NCBI GenBank assembly: GCA_002189035.1
Contig: NEEC01000031.1
Location: forward strand, 234,691-298,690
Length of the DNA stretch: 64,000 nucleotides
DNA from: Utricularia gibba
Taxonomy: Eukaryota > Plantae > Magnoliophyta
Reading direction: 5' to 3'
Within the stretch, counting starts at the first letter, position 1; each line of letters begins with the position of its first letter. Below the pieces are notes generated by a model. It was not told the origin of the DNA, searched no databases, and was given only the letters and a program-made list of their open reading frames with translations. Positions 41,085-53,968 of this stretch are shown here, in pieces. The translations under genes and the position numbers were made by a program.

Positions 41085-43399
41085 TCCGAATATAAATCCT
41101 TACATCACTCAGATGCATGACATTTCTGAAAATATAGCCCACAGATATGCAAACACAATGATCATTAGCCACACAAAAGTTGGCTGCATGTGCAGCGTTT
41201 AACTTCATTCGAGAAGATGGTGGTGCCATGCCATGCTCCATCACATGTACCAGTCATTTCAAAGAGCACATCCGCATGGAACTTCAACGCCAGAATAATT
41301 TTGTAACTACATTCATTCTTCACGTGGGTCATCCTTAGAATAGGTGATGTGTGTTTCTAATTATTGATTTGTGTGACGTGTTGTGGGAAACGCTGCAAAT
41401 GAAGTGGCACCCTCTTTCCCATCCAACTAACATGACTTATTACGTTCTTTGTATACTTCTGTCCCAGACCCAATTAATATTGGCCCCCATGCTGTTCCCT
41501 TGCGCAGCCCTCTCATGCTTGCACATGAACAGTTCCATTTTATCATTGTTATTTTTGTAAAATAATGATAGAACATATCACAACATCGCATAGCAGTGAG
41601 CGCGTCATACCTTGCTTGGCATAAATCAATTACGTGCAAATGCAAGTCTGCGATGAAGTGAAGAACTGCTGAGTCATCTGGTGGAATAGATCAGTTCAAA
41701 TAGCTGCAATTGGACGGGCCATTTCATGATGGTTAGGTAGTTAAGTTAAGAGCCATGGGCCCATGTCCTTCCTTCCACTTCCAGTTAGTGGGCGTCTTTC
41801 CTTATTCAGTTGTAGGGCTATCTATATAAAAAGCCCACCTCGTTTCTCTCAGTCTCCTCTAACAAGAATTTAATCGTGCGTCTGCTGGAGCTTGGCGTTG
41901 TAGCAGGAGAAGAGACCCACCCACTCCAATTGAGCCGAAACCCCGTTATCTGACTTCTGAACCGCAACAACCTGGTACACACGGCCATAAGAGAGCAAAC
42001 AAGAGTCTAATATCCCTTTGAGCGTTGAATTGTGAGTTTCCACTCAAGCAACAAATAGAGGACGACTGTATGATGCGTCATGCAACAATATGTTACGTTC
42101 CTTCAATGTATACTGAACTTTTTTTATGGAACACATCTATATTTGGGTGGTAATGAACACTTGTATGAGGCTACCGAGAGTCTTCCGTGCCCCCTCCTCC
42201 TCATTTTTTATTTAGGCGTGCAGTCATCTTTTCCTTGGAGTCCCAATAGGAAAAAAGTTATGTGAAAGCTAACAACACTTTGTTAAGCATGTATGTCAGC
42301 AGCGTTGAGAAATATTTAGCGAATGCTGTGTGATTTGTGTAGTTGCATACACGGGAGTTGGTCACTCCATAGACGCCATATTTTTCTGTTCCATCCATTT
42401 AAAAACAGTAGATTGATTCATGGCAATGAAACTTATCACAGCCATATTTGTGGAAGATAAGACGCCAAGGGCATCAATGGGAGAGTTTTCCAAAAGATAA
42501 CGAATGCCTTTATAGGGTCTAGAAAGCTCCACCTTTACCAAAAAAACAAACAAAAAAGAACCTCCACCTTGGACTAAACAAATGCTGAGATTATGGTTCG
42601 CACGTGGCCAGCACTACGGTAGTGTGAATATATTCCTTTGAAATCATTCAGTATCGCTTTTGATCGCTGGATATGTATAACGTATCGATGGTACCTCTGT
42701 ATTATCATTTACAGTTACCACGGGATTAAATAAACGTGATAAAATCACGCACCAACGACGCTCTTTTTACTTTAAAAAAAAGTAATATAGTGTTTAGACT
42801 TCAAAGTTACAAAAGTGAAAAAAAAAAAGTAAGGAAAAGATCTTCATGATAATAAATGTTCATTCTTTTATTTTTTTAATAGGCATGATGAATACGGTGA
42901 CGTGCATCTATTCATCTTTATGCAGATATTTTAAAAGTTTGGTGAAATGGGAATATAAAACCTAAGCCACACACTTCCAAAATTGATCAGAGCCGTTGAA
43001 TTTGCGTTATGTTCATAAGCGGTCAGGATTCCCTCTGACAGGCCTACCGAGTGGAAACAGAAAGTACGACGAGCAGCAATATCCATATCCCACCAATGAA
43101 ACCTTTACACCTCATCTGACATGTAGTCTAAGTGAGTTTGTTTGTGTGGGCCAACTCTACAAAAAGGTTTGCTGCAGCACACCCAAAGTCCCTGTGAATT
43201 TTCTCACAAAAAAAAAGAATAAATTTGTGGCCTAGAAATTTCCCCCACCTTTATTTGGTTCAATCCTATCCATTTTGGTGTTTTAGACCTTAGAAAATGA
43301 TCAGAGGATCAAAATCTTCCGTTTTAGCCTTGCCAACGAAGCTTCCGTTTTGGCTCACTTTTTCATATATTCATTCTAAGCTGGGAGCTCAGGAAGAGG

Positions 43400-44946
43400 A
43401 TGAACAAGAATCTAAAGCTTTTTGGAATGGAAATTTTCCTGCCGCCAGAGCAAGATGACTCCTCGCCTGAAAGTAGCGGTGGAGAACAGCTCCGGCGGAT
43501 TGATGAGGAGGTAATTCAACTCTCTTATAGGCTGCACACAAGCGATGCTCTCTCCCTAAGAAAGGACTTGGTTTATTTGCAGTATACGGAATAATTAATT
43601 GTCTTCGTTAGTTTTCTTTCATTGATTCTGTTCAATTTTCTTTCTGTCTAGAAAAAAAAAAAACTAATGATCTCCGTGAAATTCGTGCCCCTTGAATTGC
43701 CCATTTTTCTCTTCTGTGATAATTCGTCTCCCACTGTTGATTCATCTTAGATTGGGCCTTACTCGTCCAGCATTCAAAAAAAAAAAAAAAGAGGTTTCAT
43801 GTTTGATTTGACTGATTTCTTAGCGTTTGCTGTTCAAGAAAAACCTTTGGTTCCCCCAGAAGTCCCCTCTGCATCTTCAGACTGAAAGTTACGATACTGC
43901 AGGAACACGACGCAATCGACGACTACCTGCTTGACCTAGATAAGTCCCACGATGGAAATCCTTCAAGCGAGCTCGATGGTGATACCAAACCTCCTCTTGT
44001 TCCAGATTCAGCGAATGATCACAATACTGAAAATGGTGATAAGATCCCCAGAGCGAAGCTGAAAAAGCCCGAAAAAATCTTGCCGTGCCCACGTTGCAAC
44101 AGCTCTGACACAAAATTCTGCTACTACAACAACTATAACATCAACCAGCCTCGCCATTACTGCAGGAGCTGTCAAAGATACTGGACCGCAGGAGGCACCA
44201 TGAGGAACGTCCCTGTTGGGGCGGGGAGGCGGAAGAGCAAGAATCCTTCATCTTCTCAATGTCACCATATTACCGTCTCCGAAGCTCTTCTGGCCGCAAA
44301 GCTCGATGCATGCGAAGGATTTCATTGCCTCAAATTAGAGCATAATGGCACCCTTCTCTCCTTCGGATCTGAATCTGTTGGTGGATCCGCAGGTCTTACA
44401 GGGAAACAGGCTGTCAAAAACGTGGAGGGTAAAAAAGGATCTTGTTCTAATCGAGGGGCGGGAAATGGTTTCCAAACCCCGCTGGTACTAAATATGAATG
44501 GACTCCCCGTTCCAGGGGCACGGATGCCTTGGAATTCCTCCCTGATTCCTACTCCGGTCATTTTACCACAGTGCCACAACCTTGATGAGAATTCTGCCAT
44601 TCCATGGCAGGCAATACCAGCTCCAGCAGCAAGTCAAGGTATCATCAATAGAGTTGTTAGTAAACATTCGAGAAGTGGACAACTTAAGACCAGCAATATG
44701 GACAACTCTGGGGATTCCGTTTTGGTTCCTAAAGCACTGAGGCTTGATGATCCAGCAGAAGCTGCAAAAAGCACGATATGGACAACTCTGGGGATCAGTC
44801 ATCATGATTCATTAAATCATAAAAGTATATTTCAGGCGTTTCAGCCCAAGACTGGCCAGGAGAAGCCGTTCCCTGCCATTTCACCCGCACTGTTGGCCAA
44901 CCCCTCGGCCTTATCCCGAGCCACTTTCTTTCACGAAAGTGCCTGA
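43400..44946 (+). CDS. CDF: Cyclic Dof factor (CDF clade), 2 exons (43400-43511; 43903-44946)
   Basis: N-terminal LKLFG, Dof domain [45 protein letters not shown], and C-terminal [24 protein letters not shown] and LANPSALSR boxes. Confidence 0.93.
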
Positions 44947-45647
44947 AAAAACCAAATCGTTCATTCGGCTTGATGTAGGTAGGATATACGTAGTCTTTTT
45001 ACGCTTCTACCACCTCTCTTTCAGCAGGGCCCGGCCCCGGCTTATGCTAGTAATGCCCTCTGATGAGTGGTGTTTTCATGTATGAATGAAGCTTAAGAAA
45101 TGTTGTTAATGTGAAGATTGATCGATGAATAATTTGAATGTATAAAAGGGGCTGGAAGAATGGTAATGGAATATGGAACCTTGACAAATGCTGCAATAAC
45201 AAGTTATTGTAACACTAGACATGTAAAATTTGGTGGCTACAAAGAAGAATAGCTGCTTAAGAAGTTGATTCGTGTTTCTTTTACAGACGCGGGGAAGACC
45301 CGGTCCCATAGGAAATCAAATGCGGGTTTCGTCCCCCGCAGCCATGGTAGTATGTATGGTTGTTCTCGGATCAAAGGTAGGTGAGGTTGGTTCCAACAAA
45401 ACTTCTGACACATTATGATTTGGATCCCTTTTCTTAAAATTTGAAATAGGATTTAAACAAACAATAAATTAAAAGTTCAGGTTCCATTTCTCGGTTTCAG
45501 TTCAGTTTCATATTTTGTAGCTGATTTCGGAAACAGGAGCCGCCGGATTTGCTGCAAAACAGTTTTAGTCCTGCGGCAACTGAAATAGAGTTGCAAAATA
45601 TGTTGATATGTATCTAGGACTAGGATTGTTGAAATTTGATAAAATGA

Positions 45648-45966
45648 GGCCCAAATCTAGGAGGCCGGCGGTTCTCTGATTTCTTCAGTTTGGCTCGGCC
45701 CACTTCTGTATTGATATCAACTATCAAGGTCGGAATTTGCTGCAACATTTTAACCGTTCTGTTCTGTTCTCCTACCCGCCGCCTCTTCCCGTGGTTTCCT
45801 TCTCCCAGTTTTCGGTGGTTGTTCACGCGAGCAACCGATTGCCCTCTCCACCAACTTTCTACGTGTAGGTCGAATTTCCCCTTGACTCTTCCTCAAGTCT
45901 TCAGGGTTTTCCTCCAAACTTTATTGCCCCTGCTAAAGCCTTTTTTGGAAATTTTGATTAGGGTTT
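45648..45966 (+). promoter_or_regulatory. Two site-II elements (GGCCCA at 45648 and 45697) plus a telo-box (TTAGGGTTT, 45958-45966) upstream of cyclin L1
   Basis: Motifs read directly; site II plus telo-box is a known module of plant proliferation/housekeeping promoters. Confidence 0.5.
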
Positions 45967-45991
45967 CTATTTGGTGAAATACGAATCAGGA

Positions 45992-48134
45992 ATGATCTAC
46001 ACTGCTATCGACACCTTTTATCTGACCAAACAACAGTTGGAAGATTCCCCATCAAAGAAGGATGGCATCGATGTGGCTACTGAAACTACACTTCGAATAT
46101 ATGGTTGCGACCTGATACAGGAGAGTGGCATATTGCTGAAGTTGTATCCTATCTTTTCTTCTAAGTAGATATATTCATTTGGCGTCATAAAGACGTACTT
46201 TTTTTTTTTTCTCACAGGGCTATGCCTCTCTTTTATCTCATCTGTGAATCCTTAATTCGATCTTTTCAGGCCTCAAGCTGTTATGGCAACTGGACAGGTC
46301 TTGTTTCACCGTTTCTACTGCAAGAAATCGTTCAAGAAGTTTAATGTCAAGGTTTTTTAGTAAATGATTCTATTAATTTTTCAATCATATTATGCTAATT
46401 TTCCTTAGTTTTTGGACGACTTTGTTGAATATGTTGTAGATGGTAGCGGCAAGCTGTGTTTGGCTTGCTTCTAAACTTGAAGAATGCCCTAGGAAAGCAA
46501 GGCAGATTCTCGTTGTCTTTCACAGGATGGAGTGCAGGAGGGAAAACTTACCCCTGGAGCATTTGGACACTTCTTCCAAGGTTGTAAGTGGGTTTTGGTT
46601 TTATGGTTTAACAATTGACCGTGTATTTACCTTTTTTTTTTTTGGAGAGTTTATGTTTAGTTTTTCGTGTTTCGTTTTGGCTCTAGTTTGGACTAGCTGA
46701 AGTTTGGTTCTGTGTTTTTTTTTTTCTTCGGTTTCTCTTTCACTTGCATTGCCTTATGTGAATTGTTGAGGCGTAAATTCATTGTTTTTATTTGAACAGA
46801 AATATGGAGATCTTAGAGCAAATCTGATCAGAACTGAAAGGCATCTTTTGAAAGAAATGGGCTTTATTTGCCATGTTGAGCATCCACATAAGTTCATATC
46901 TAATTACCTTGCAACACTTGAAACACCTCCTAAGCTGAGCCAAGAAGCATGGAACCTTGCGAATGACAGGTATACAACTTATAATTTTCATGTCTTAATT
47001 AGAAATGTTCATATAATTATCAATTTTTCTCATGAACAGCTTGCGCACAACATTGTGCGTGAGATTCAAGAGCGAGGTTGTTGCTTGTGGTGTTGTATAT
47101 GCTGCAGCTCGCAGATTTCAAGTACCACTTCCGGAAAACCCTCCTTGGTGGAAGGCGTTTGATGCAGACAAATCTGGAATAGATGAAGTTTGTAAAGTAT
47201 TAGCACATTTGTACAGCCTTCCAAAGGCTCAGTTTATCCCCATCTGCAAGGAAGACAGCTCCTTTGCAACACCTGTTCGGTCGTGGGATTCCCCTCATAC
47301 GTCAATTTCACAGGTCGCATTAACTTTACAAAGTTTTGCATGATTTCACCGGCTCTGGGAGCTGTTGTTCTCCAAGTTCTCCTTCACCCCTTCTAAATTC
47401 TGACCACGCTCTTTTTTTTTTTGAAGTTCAGAATGAAATTGATTTGCATCTAACCATGTGCCTTCTGGCAGGATAACTTGTTGACAGGAAATTGTATAAA
47501 CGATAAGGGTGCTTCCTATTCTGGAAACCAAGATTCTGGAAAACAAGTTACAGAAGCTGCCCTTGGAAAGATGAAGGTGCCAAAGAAGGAGGATGATAGT
47601 TCCAGGACGGCAGACAATGCTGGAGACTCTTTAGCTGAACCTGAATCATTGCTGACGTCGGATAAGAAATCGGAATCTGGTGGACAAAGGATGAAGGACA
47701 AAGAGAAAGACAGAGAAAGAGACAGAGAGAGAGAGAGGACCAGGAAACGAGAAAGGGAAGACTCTGAACGCGAGAGAGACAAGGTTAAGGAAAGAGGCCG
47801 TCGATCAAAGGATCGTGACAAGGACTACGGTGAACTGATATTTTTTATCCAAACCAGCAAATTTGTTGCCTGCTTTGTGCTTTTGGTTTTTTTTTTTTTT
47901 TCTGAAGGAACTACTGGAAGGTTTGTTTTGTTGAAGTTCCTTGTGTTACCTTGGCAGGGCGCATCGAGAAGCCTAAACATCACTCATCGAGAGGTATTAT
48001 TTGGTGATATGTTGTGGGGTGCCGATGCTTATTATTCTTAGCTTTGAGGAATGTTTGTATGACCAGATCGGGACTACAGCGGTTCTTATTCATCGAGAGA
48101 GAAAGATCGGCGCAGACATCACTCGTATGCTTGA
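45992..48134 (+). CDS. CYCL1: Cyclin L1 (RS-domain cyclin); first intron is U12-type
   Basis: [81 protein letters not shown], an RE/RD-rich tail and ..RRHHSYA*. Confidence 0.94.
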
Positions 48135-49348
48135 ACAAAGTTGATGGAACAGTGAAGGCACGTGCTTAGAGGTTTGCTCCCTGAATGCGACTCCAGGCGT
48201 GTTTCCATGTAAAATTGATGATTTCACAGTGTAGACGCGAGTTGAGACATTACTGTGTAATTTTTCTTGCGAAGCAACTGCGATGTGCAGCACGGAGCCA
48301 CCAATGGCTTGTTCCTTTTGTGTTTTTTTATAATTTCTGTCTTTCTAATTGTGTTTCATGGCTACAGCGTACCCATGAAAATAAAATCTTTTTTAAATGT
48401 AATATAATTTCTTTCTCTGTTGGTTTGGATACATGAAATTCTGAACACTCCCTACCCACAGTGCGCTTTTACATGTATGGGGTGCCGATGGCCTAGGGTG
48501 GGAAGATAAGAGGAATGAACCCGCGCGAGGTGAGAGAATGAGGCAACGAGGCCAACCAATTTTCTCGCTACAGTTAGTAATGTAACGTAAGATTATCCCG
48601 ATAGCTCGTGACTGTTATCCTTTCTACTCCCAATTCGCCCGGGACTCGAAAAAGAATCATAAATATATGTGAGGAATAACAGATCACAAAATTGAACATC
48701 AAACAAGTTCCTCCAATAAATTAACGACGTTGGTAGATTGCATGATGATTACAAGTTGAACTATCCATGTTTTTTTTTTCTTTTTGGAAGAAGGAATTCC
48801 GACAGAATTTATGGTTTTAAATTCGGAAAGAAAATTCGCTAATTCCTTGTGCGGGCGGTAAAATAATGCTAATATATTATTATTATTATTATTTTATTTT
48901 ATTGTTCGATTCGCCCGCGAGTTTTAATCGCCGAAATGATTGTGCAACCTCTTGTCTAACATGAAGACCTTCTCCTCTGCCTTGTTTCCCTCCATCTTGA
49001 ATCAATGCCCCTCTTCATTTATTTTTCCTTTCCTTCATCTGGATTTCACCATTTTCAGATCCTTCCCCATCTGCATATTGTCCTAGAACATCACCGGCAT
49101 GCGAAGATCGGATGTGCATCCCCATAGCGCAGCATTCTATGATGCCTGTGTATATTTTGTCTCTCTTCTGATTGATGTCTTTGAAGCCTAGTTTTGTAAA
49201 AACACAGGAATTTCCCAAGAGGGCTCTCCCGTTTGGACTTCATTTCTAAGGAAAATTTCCAGAAGGTGAATGGATCTTTTAACCGTAAAATACATTTTCT
49301 CTGTCTGCATTGGATGCTAAAAGCCATTCCGAATTGAATTGTGTGTAG

Positions 49349-51457
49349 ATGGGACGTGTAAAGCTCAAGATACAAAGATTAGAAAGCCTGAGCAGCCGGC
49401 AGGTTACTTACGGAAAACGCAGGGCTGGAATCTTGAAAAAGGCTCAAGAAATTTCTGTTTTGTGCGATATTGATATCATTCTCCTCATGTTCTCTCCCAC
49501 TGGGAAGCCTTCGATATTTCGGGGTCAACGCAGGTACTTCTATACGTATTTTTCAGGAAATCATGCTTTTACCTCTAGGAAGGAAGCCTTCTGAGACTAA
49601 GCAATTTTGCTGTGACATTTATCCACTGTACCATCCACAGGCCTGCTATATTTTAGAATCTTTGTTGCCAGCTGAACATCAACTCAATGTTCTTTTTTGT
49701 TGTTAGCTCATGATACAAATTTTTGGTTTCAGTAACATTGATGAGATGATTACCAAGTATGCCCAACTTACTCCTAAAGAAAGGGCGAAAAGGTAGGCAT
49801 TTAAAAGTTTCAGAGTCAGATGAGGCTGTCTAGTTACCGATGCTTCTTTCTTCTGTTGTAATCCACACGTTTTTCTTCTTGTTCTCACAGGAGACTAGAA
49901 AGTCTTGAGGTAAGTTGAGCCCAACAAAACATTTGGATGAACAGCTCTTGCATGAACAATGAATTAAAGTTAACCTGTTCCTGTTCTTTCACTTCATCTA
50001 GACATTGAAGAGAAACTTCAAGAAGCTTGATCAGGATGTGGACATAGAGGAGTTTCTTGATGCGAGGTAAATCAACATGGCAATATGCATATCATATTTA
50101 AGGTGTTTTTGTGACTGATTTGGTTTCTTTTCTGCAGCACACCATCAATCGAGGTACATTTCTATCTTCCTGTGAGTGAAAATTCCGTACTACCATATTT
50201 TGATCAAATAGCTGAACTCGTAATCAACAGGAAATGCAGAGTAGGCTCAGGATGCTGCAAAACGAGCTTGCTGAAGTTCATCAAAGACTAAGGTAGAATA
50301 ATGAATATCTCATTCGAAAAGTCCCAATAATGAAAGGATATATAATGACAGAAGTCACGCAACTTGAATGTTGGGCTTGGATTGATTTTTGCCAAGTACT
50401 GTAACTTGAATTCGAGGTTTAGTGACAGAAGATATAATTTTCCGCAAAATTTCCCAGTTGGTGGACGAACCCGGACAAAATCGTGGACATGGAACACCTT
50501 AATCAGATGGAGAACTCACTCAAGGAATCACTTGATAGAACTCGCTTGCATAAGGTATGAACACCTTAAAACATCGTAGCGTCAGACGTCATGCAATATC
50601 TAGTAACTGGTTTTTGCATCTTTCAGCAGGAGAAGTTCTTCAACGACCCCATTGCTCCATTTGATTGCACCAACCATGTATGGAAAAAAGGAACAGTTTG
50701 GTAATCTTCCTGTTTCGTTATTTTCTCAATTTAACCCCATGTTCTCTATACTCAGTTCCAAAACGCGATGAATTTTGCCACAACAAGTGACCAGGATTTC
50801 CAAAATCAATCATGGATACCGTGTGATGAAAGCCAGCAGCAGCTTTTGCTGCCAAACGAGTCCCAGATCTTTACAAATCGGTAAAAACACACATTATAGA
50901 TTCATCTTTCGTATCATATCACCATGTTGCTCAGTTTTTATGATTTTTCATAAATTCAGGGATATGGAATGCTCTGGAGGAACGCCGTTTCCGCCCTACA
51001 CTAGCTATTTCAGCGATATGGACTTGGGAGGACACGAACTTGACTCTACTAGGCCCCTGAAAAACGGGGAACAAGATGGCATATCCATAGAGGACTATGC
51101 ATGCTCATCTCACTTGAAACTGCCGCCCATTTATGATCAATTTACATTTCATTCGTTTGGAAATTTGAGCTTCCACGATTTGCTCGAACCAGGACGAGAG
51201 ATGAACCTTCAGCCAGGTTTGATGGATTATCAAATAACCACCAGCTTTGAGCTTCCCAGACCAGTTTACGACTCGCTGCCCCATAGTCTGATTCCCACCA
51301 CTGGTCCTTGCGCTGTTTCTATGTTTAACGACACATCTTTTACTCAGGTGAGCTTTGATGTCATCACTGACAATAAATACTCAGTTAGTCCATCGACGAA
51401 ATAAGTGATCTCACTACCTTTCATGTTTATGTCTGTCTACAGCAACCACCAAATTAG
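49349..51457 (+). CDS. MIKC*-type MADS-box factor, P-clade (AGL65/AGL30-like)
   Basis: MGRVKLKIQRLE....RQVTY.KRRAGILKKA.E.SVLCDIDIILLMFSPTGKP and YAQLTPKERAKRRLESLE.LK..FKKLD.DV; many short exons. Confidence 0.88.
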
Positions 51458-51923
51458 TTCCTTGATTCAGCGTAAAGCAGGCAGGCAGCCACCTAGCCAG
51501 CCACTTGAGTCTTATCCATCCCTTGTTTTCAGGTTTCTACGTCAGGCCTTGGACAAACTGGTAACTGTCTATTTAACACTTGGGAGATTGTCGGTACTTG
51601 GTTCGGGGAATCCTATGCTGCATTCGCTGTAGATTGAACATATTTTTTTCTCGTTTCCCTTTGTATATTTTAACTTATTGATGACAAGCAAAAAAATTTC
51701 ATTATGTACACTATCATATAATGCCTGTCTTTCGTCCAAAAAAGCAACTTGCTTTCCCGAATGACAGACAGACATCAAATAGAATATGCCATCTCCATAT
51801 CAAATATTTTTTTGAATAATCACCTGGTTCAGTTGTATAAACAATAACATTCAAATTGATACTGGACAAAAAAAACCTCTTCCTGCACCAGAAATAGGAG
51901 AACAACCTGCTTCGGCAGATTGG

Positions 51924-53556
51924 TTACAGGGCAACAGCGACAGGCTTCGTGCTAGTTTTGATTCCTTTTATAGCTGCAAATTCATACACATCACAAAGTG
52001 AGCAGCAGAATATGACACTAAGAGGAGATGATTATATTCAGTAGCTTGAGACTTGCCTGCTGCATAATCAGGTGCCCCAAAGACTGCCGATCCAGCAACT
52101 AATGCATTTGCTCCAGCATCGATTACCTGCTAATGCATCATATTACGCTCACGCCCCACTGAAAAAAAAGGTGAGCTCCAAGCTTTTAGCTACAAAGAAT
52201 GACCTTATAAGCATTATTTGGCCCCACACCACCATCAACTTCGATCCACGGGTTAACTCCCTGGCAAATCAAACATGGTATAAAAATGGCAGCTCATCAA
52301 AGATTTGCACTTCATAACAAAATAAGGACGGATCAATACTTTCTCCACACATATTTTTCTCAAGTCCAAGATTTTCTTGACTTGGCTCTCTATGAAACTT
52401 TGCCCACCAAATCCAGGATTCACGGACATGATCAGTACAAGGTCAACCACTACCAAGATCAAATGAGTAGACAATCTTAACATGATAACCAGACATCAAT
52501 CTATAGTACGAAGAAACAGGTTAACAACCCAAGAAATTAAAGCTACTCGCTTAGAGTTTGAACAGGAAGATAATGATCGAATAAGCAATTAATTTTACCA
52601 TCAAGGACATATTCTATGGCACTTAGTGGTGTCGCAGGGTTCAAAACAACTCCAGCTTTAGCACCCAAACTCTTAACCTATGTAAAGATATCGGTCATAA
52701 CCCCTAGGCACATCATAAATTAAGATGAAATTAACGATCATCTTGCATTATTACTTGATTCACCGTTCGGTGCAAATGGATGGTTGAAGACTGTTCACAA
52801 TGAACACTAACTATATCAGCTCCGGCCTTTATGAAGTCTGCAACTCGCTGCTCCGGTTCCACGATCATCTGCCAAACACTCCAGCAGCTTTATGAAAAGT
52901 TGAATTCCAACTGGGATAGTTGGAAGTTAACAATAACCCCTAAAGTACCAAATGGACATCCAATGGTAGATCTGTCACAGGGCGAAGAGCATCGACTACT
53001 AAAGGCCCAATGGTAATATTTGGAACAAACCGCCCATCCATCACATCGACATGAATCCAATCACAACCAGCCGACTCCACAGCTTTGACCTTGCATCATA
53101 TCAGAAAATTGAGTCAGGTATCTCTAAATGTCTGTCTCACAAGAAAACGAGGTCGATACAGAAAGCATACCATACCTGCTCTCCTAGTTTGGCGAAGTTA
53201 GCAGAAAGAATAGATGGTGCCACAATAATATCAGCTTTTGAGAATCTATCCACCCGTGAAGATGCTCTCACCACAAGAGCTTGTCTCCTGCATGGGCACA
53301 TTGAAAGGACCTTGAGAAAATTGACAAGACCCGAGTTTACAGTTCAAGAAAAAGTTCATTACAACCAGAAGCCATTCGAGTAAAGTATAATTGTATCCAG
53401 AATCAAGAACCGCAATTCAAAAATCATACTCACCCAAAACCCAAACTAACCATACCTGGAAGACATGAGAGGTTTAAAATCGGAAAGCGAAGGTCTTTGG
53501 CCTTGGATGGACGGCAGAAAAGTTGAGGAACCCAAAGTAGCAGCAACCGAAGCCAT
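51924..53556 (-). CDS. RPE: Ribulose-phosphate 3-epimerase, chloroplastic; last intron is GC-AG
   Basis: Transit peptide, [64 protein letters not shown] and [18 protein letters not shown]. Confidence 0.95.
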
Positions 53557-53672
53557 TTCTTTCCAGCCCCTTACCTGCTTCTATAACCCTGAATGGGAGC
53601 TACAGTCTGTTTTCGCAGCAACTAGAATCAATAGAAGACGATAAGAGCAGAGAGAGTAATTTTGGGAAACGA

Positions 53673-53678
53673 CACGTG
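53673..53678. promoter_or_regulatory. G-box about 120 bp upstream of the RPE start
   Basis: GACACGTGTG read directly; light regulation is inference. Confidence 0.35.
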
Positions 53679-53968
53679 TGGTTCGGGGGTTTGGATCCAG
53701 CGTTTATCAGCAATGGATGGTCATCCTCGCTCATCCTTTCGAAGACACTTATTCGCTCATTATCCTTCTGTTACCGATTAAGAAAATTGAACTACAACTA
53801 TAAACGGCATATTTTCAGCATCTTGGAGCTCCATTCATTGAATGGCTCAGAGTTCCATGTTTTTTAATAAAACCTAAATCCAGGAAAGGCACAGAGCCCA
53901 AGCAAAATGGTTCCATGGACCATTTTTCATCTGGCGCTTCATCATAAAATAGAGAAAAGGCTTCACCA

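Noticed and set aside
41427-41645. Small ORF faintly like DVL/ROTUNDIFOLIA peptides
   Set aside because: It lacks the conserved RxYIxRRCVxMLxCW core.
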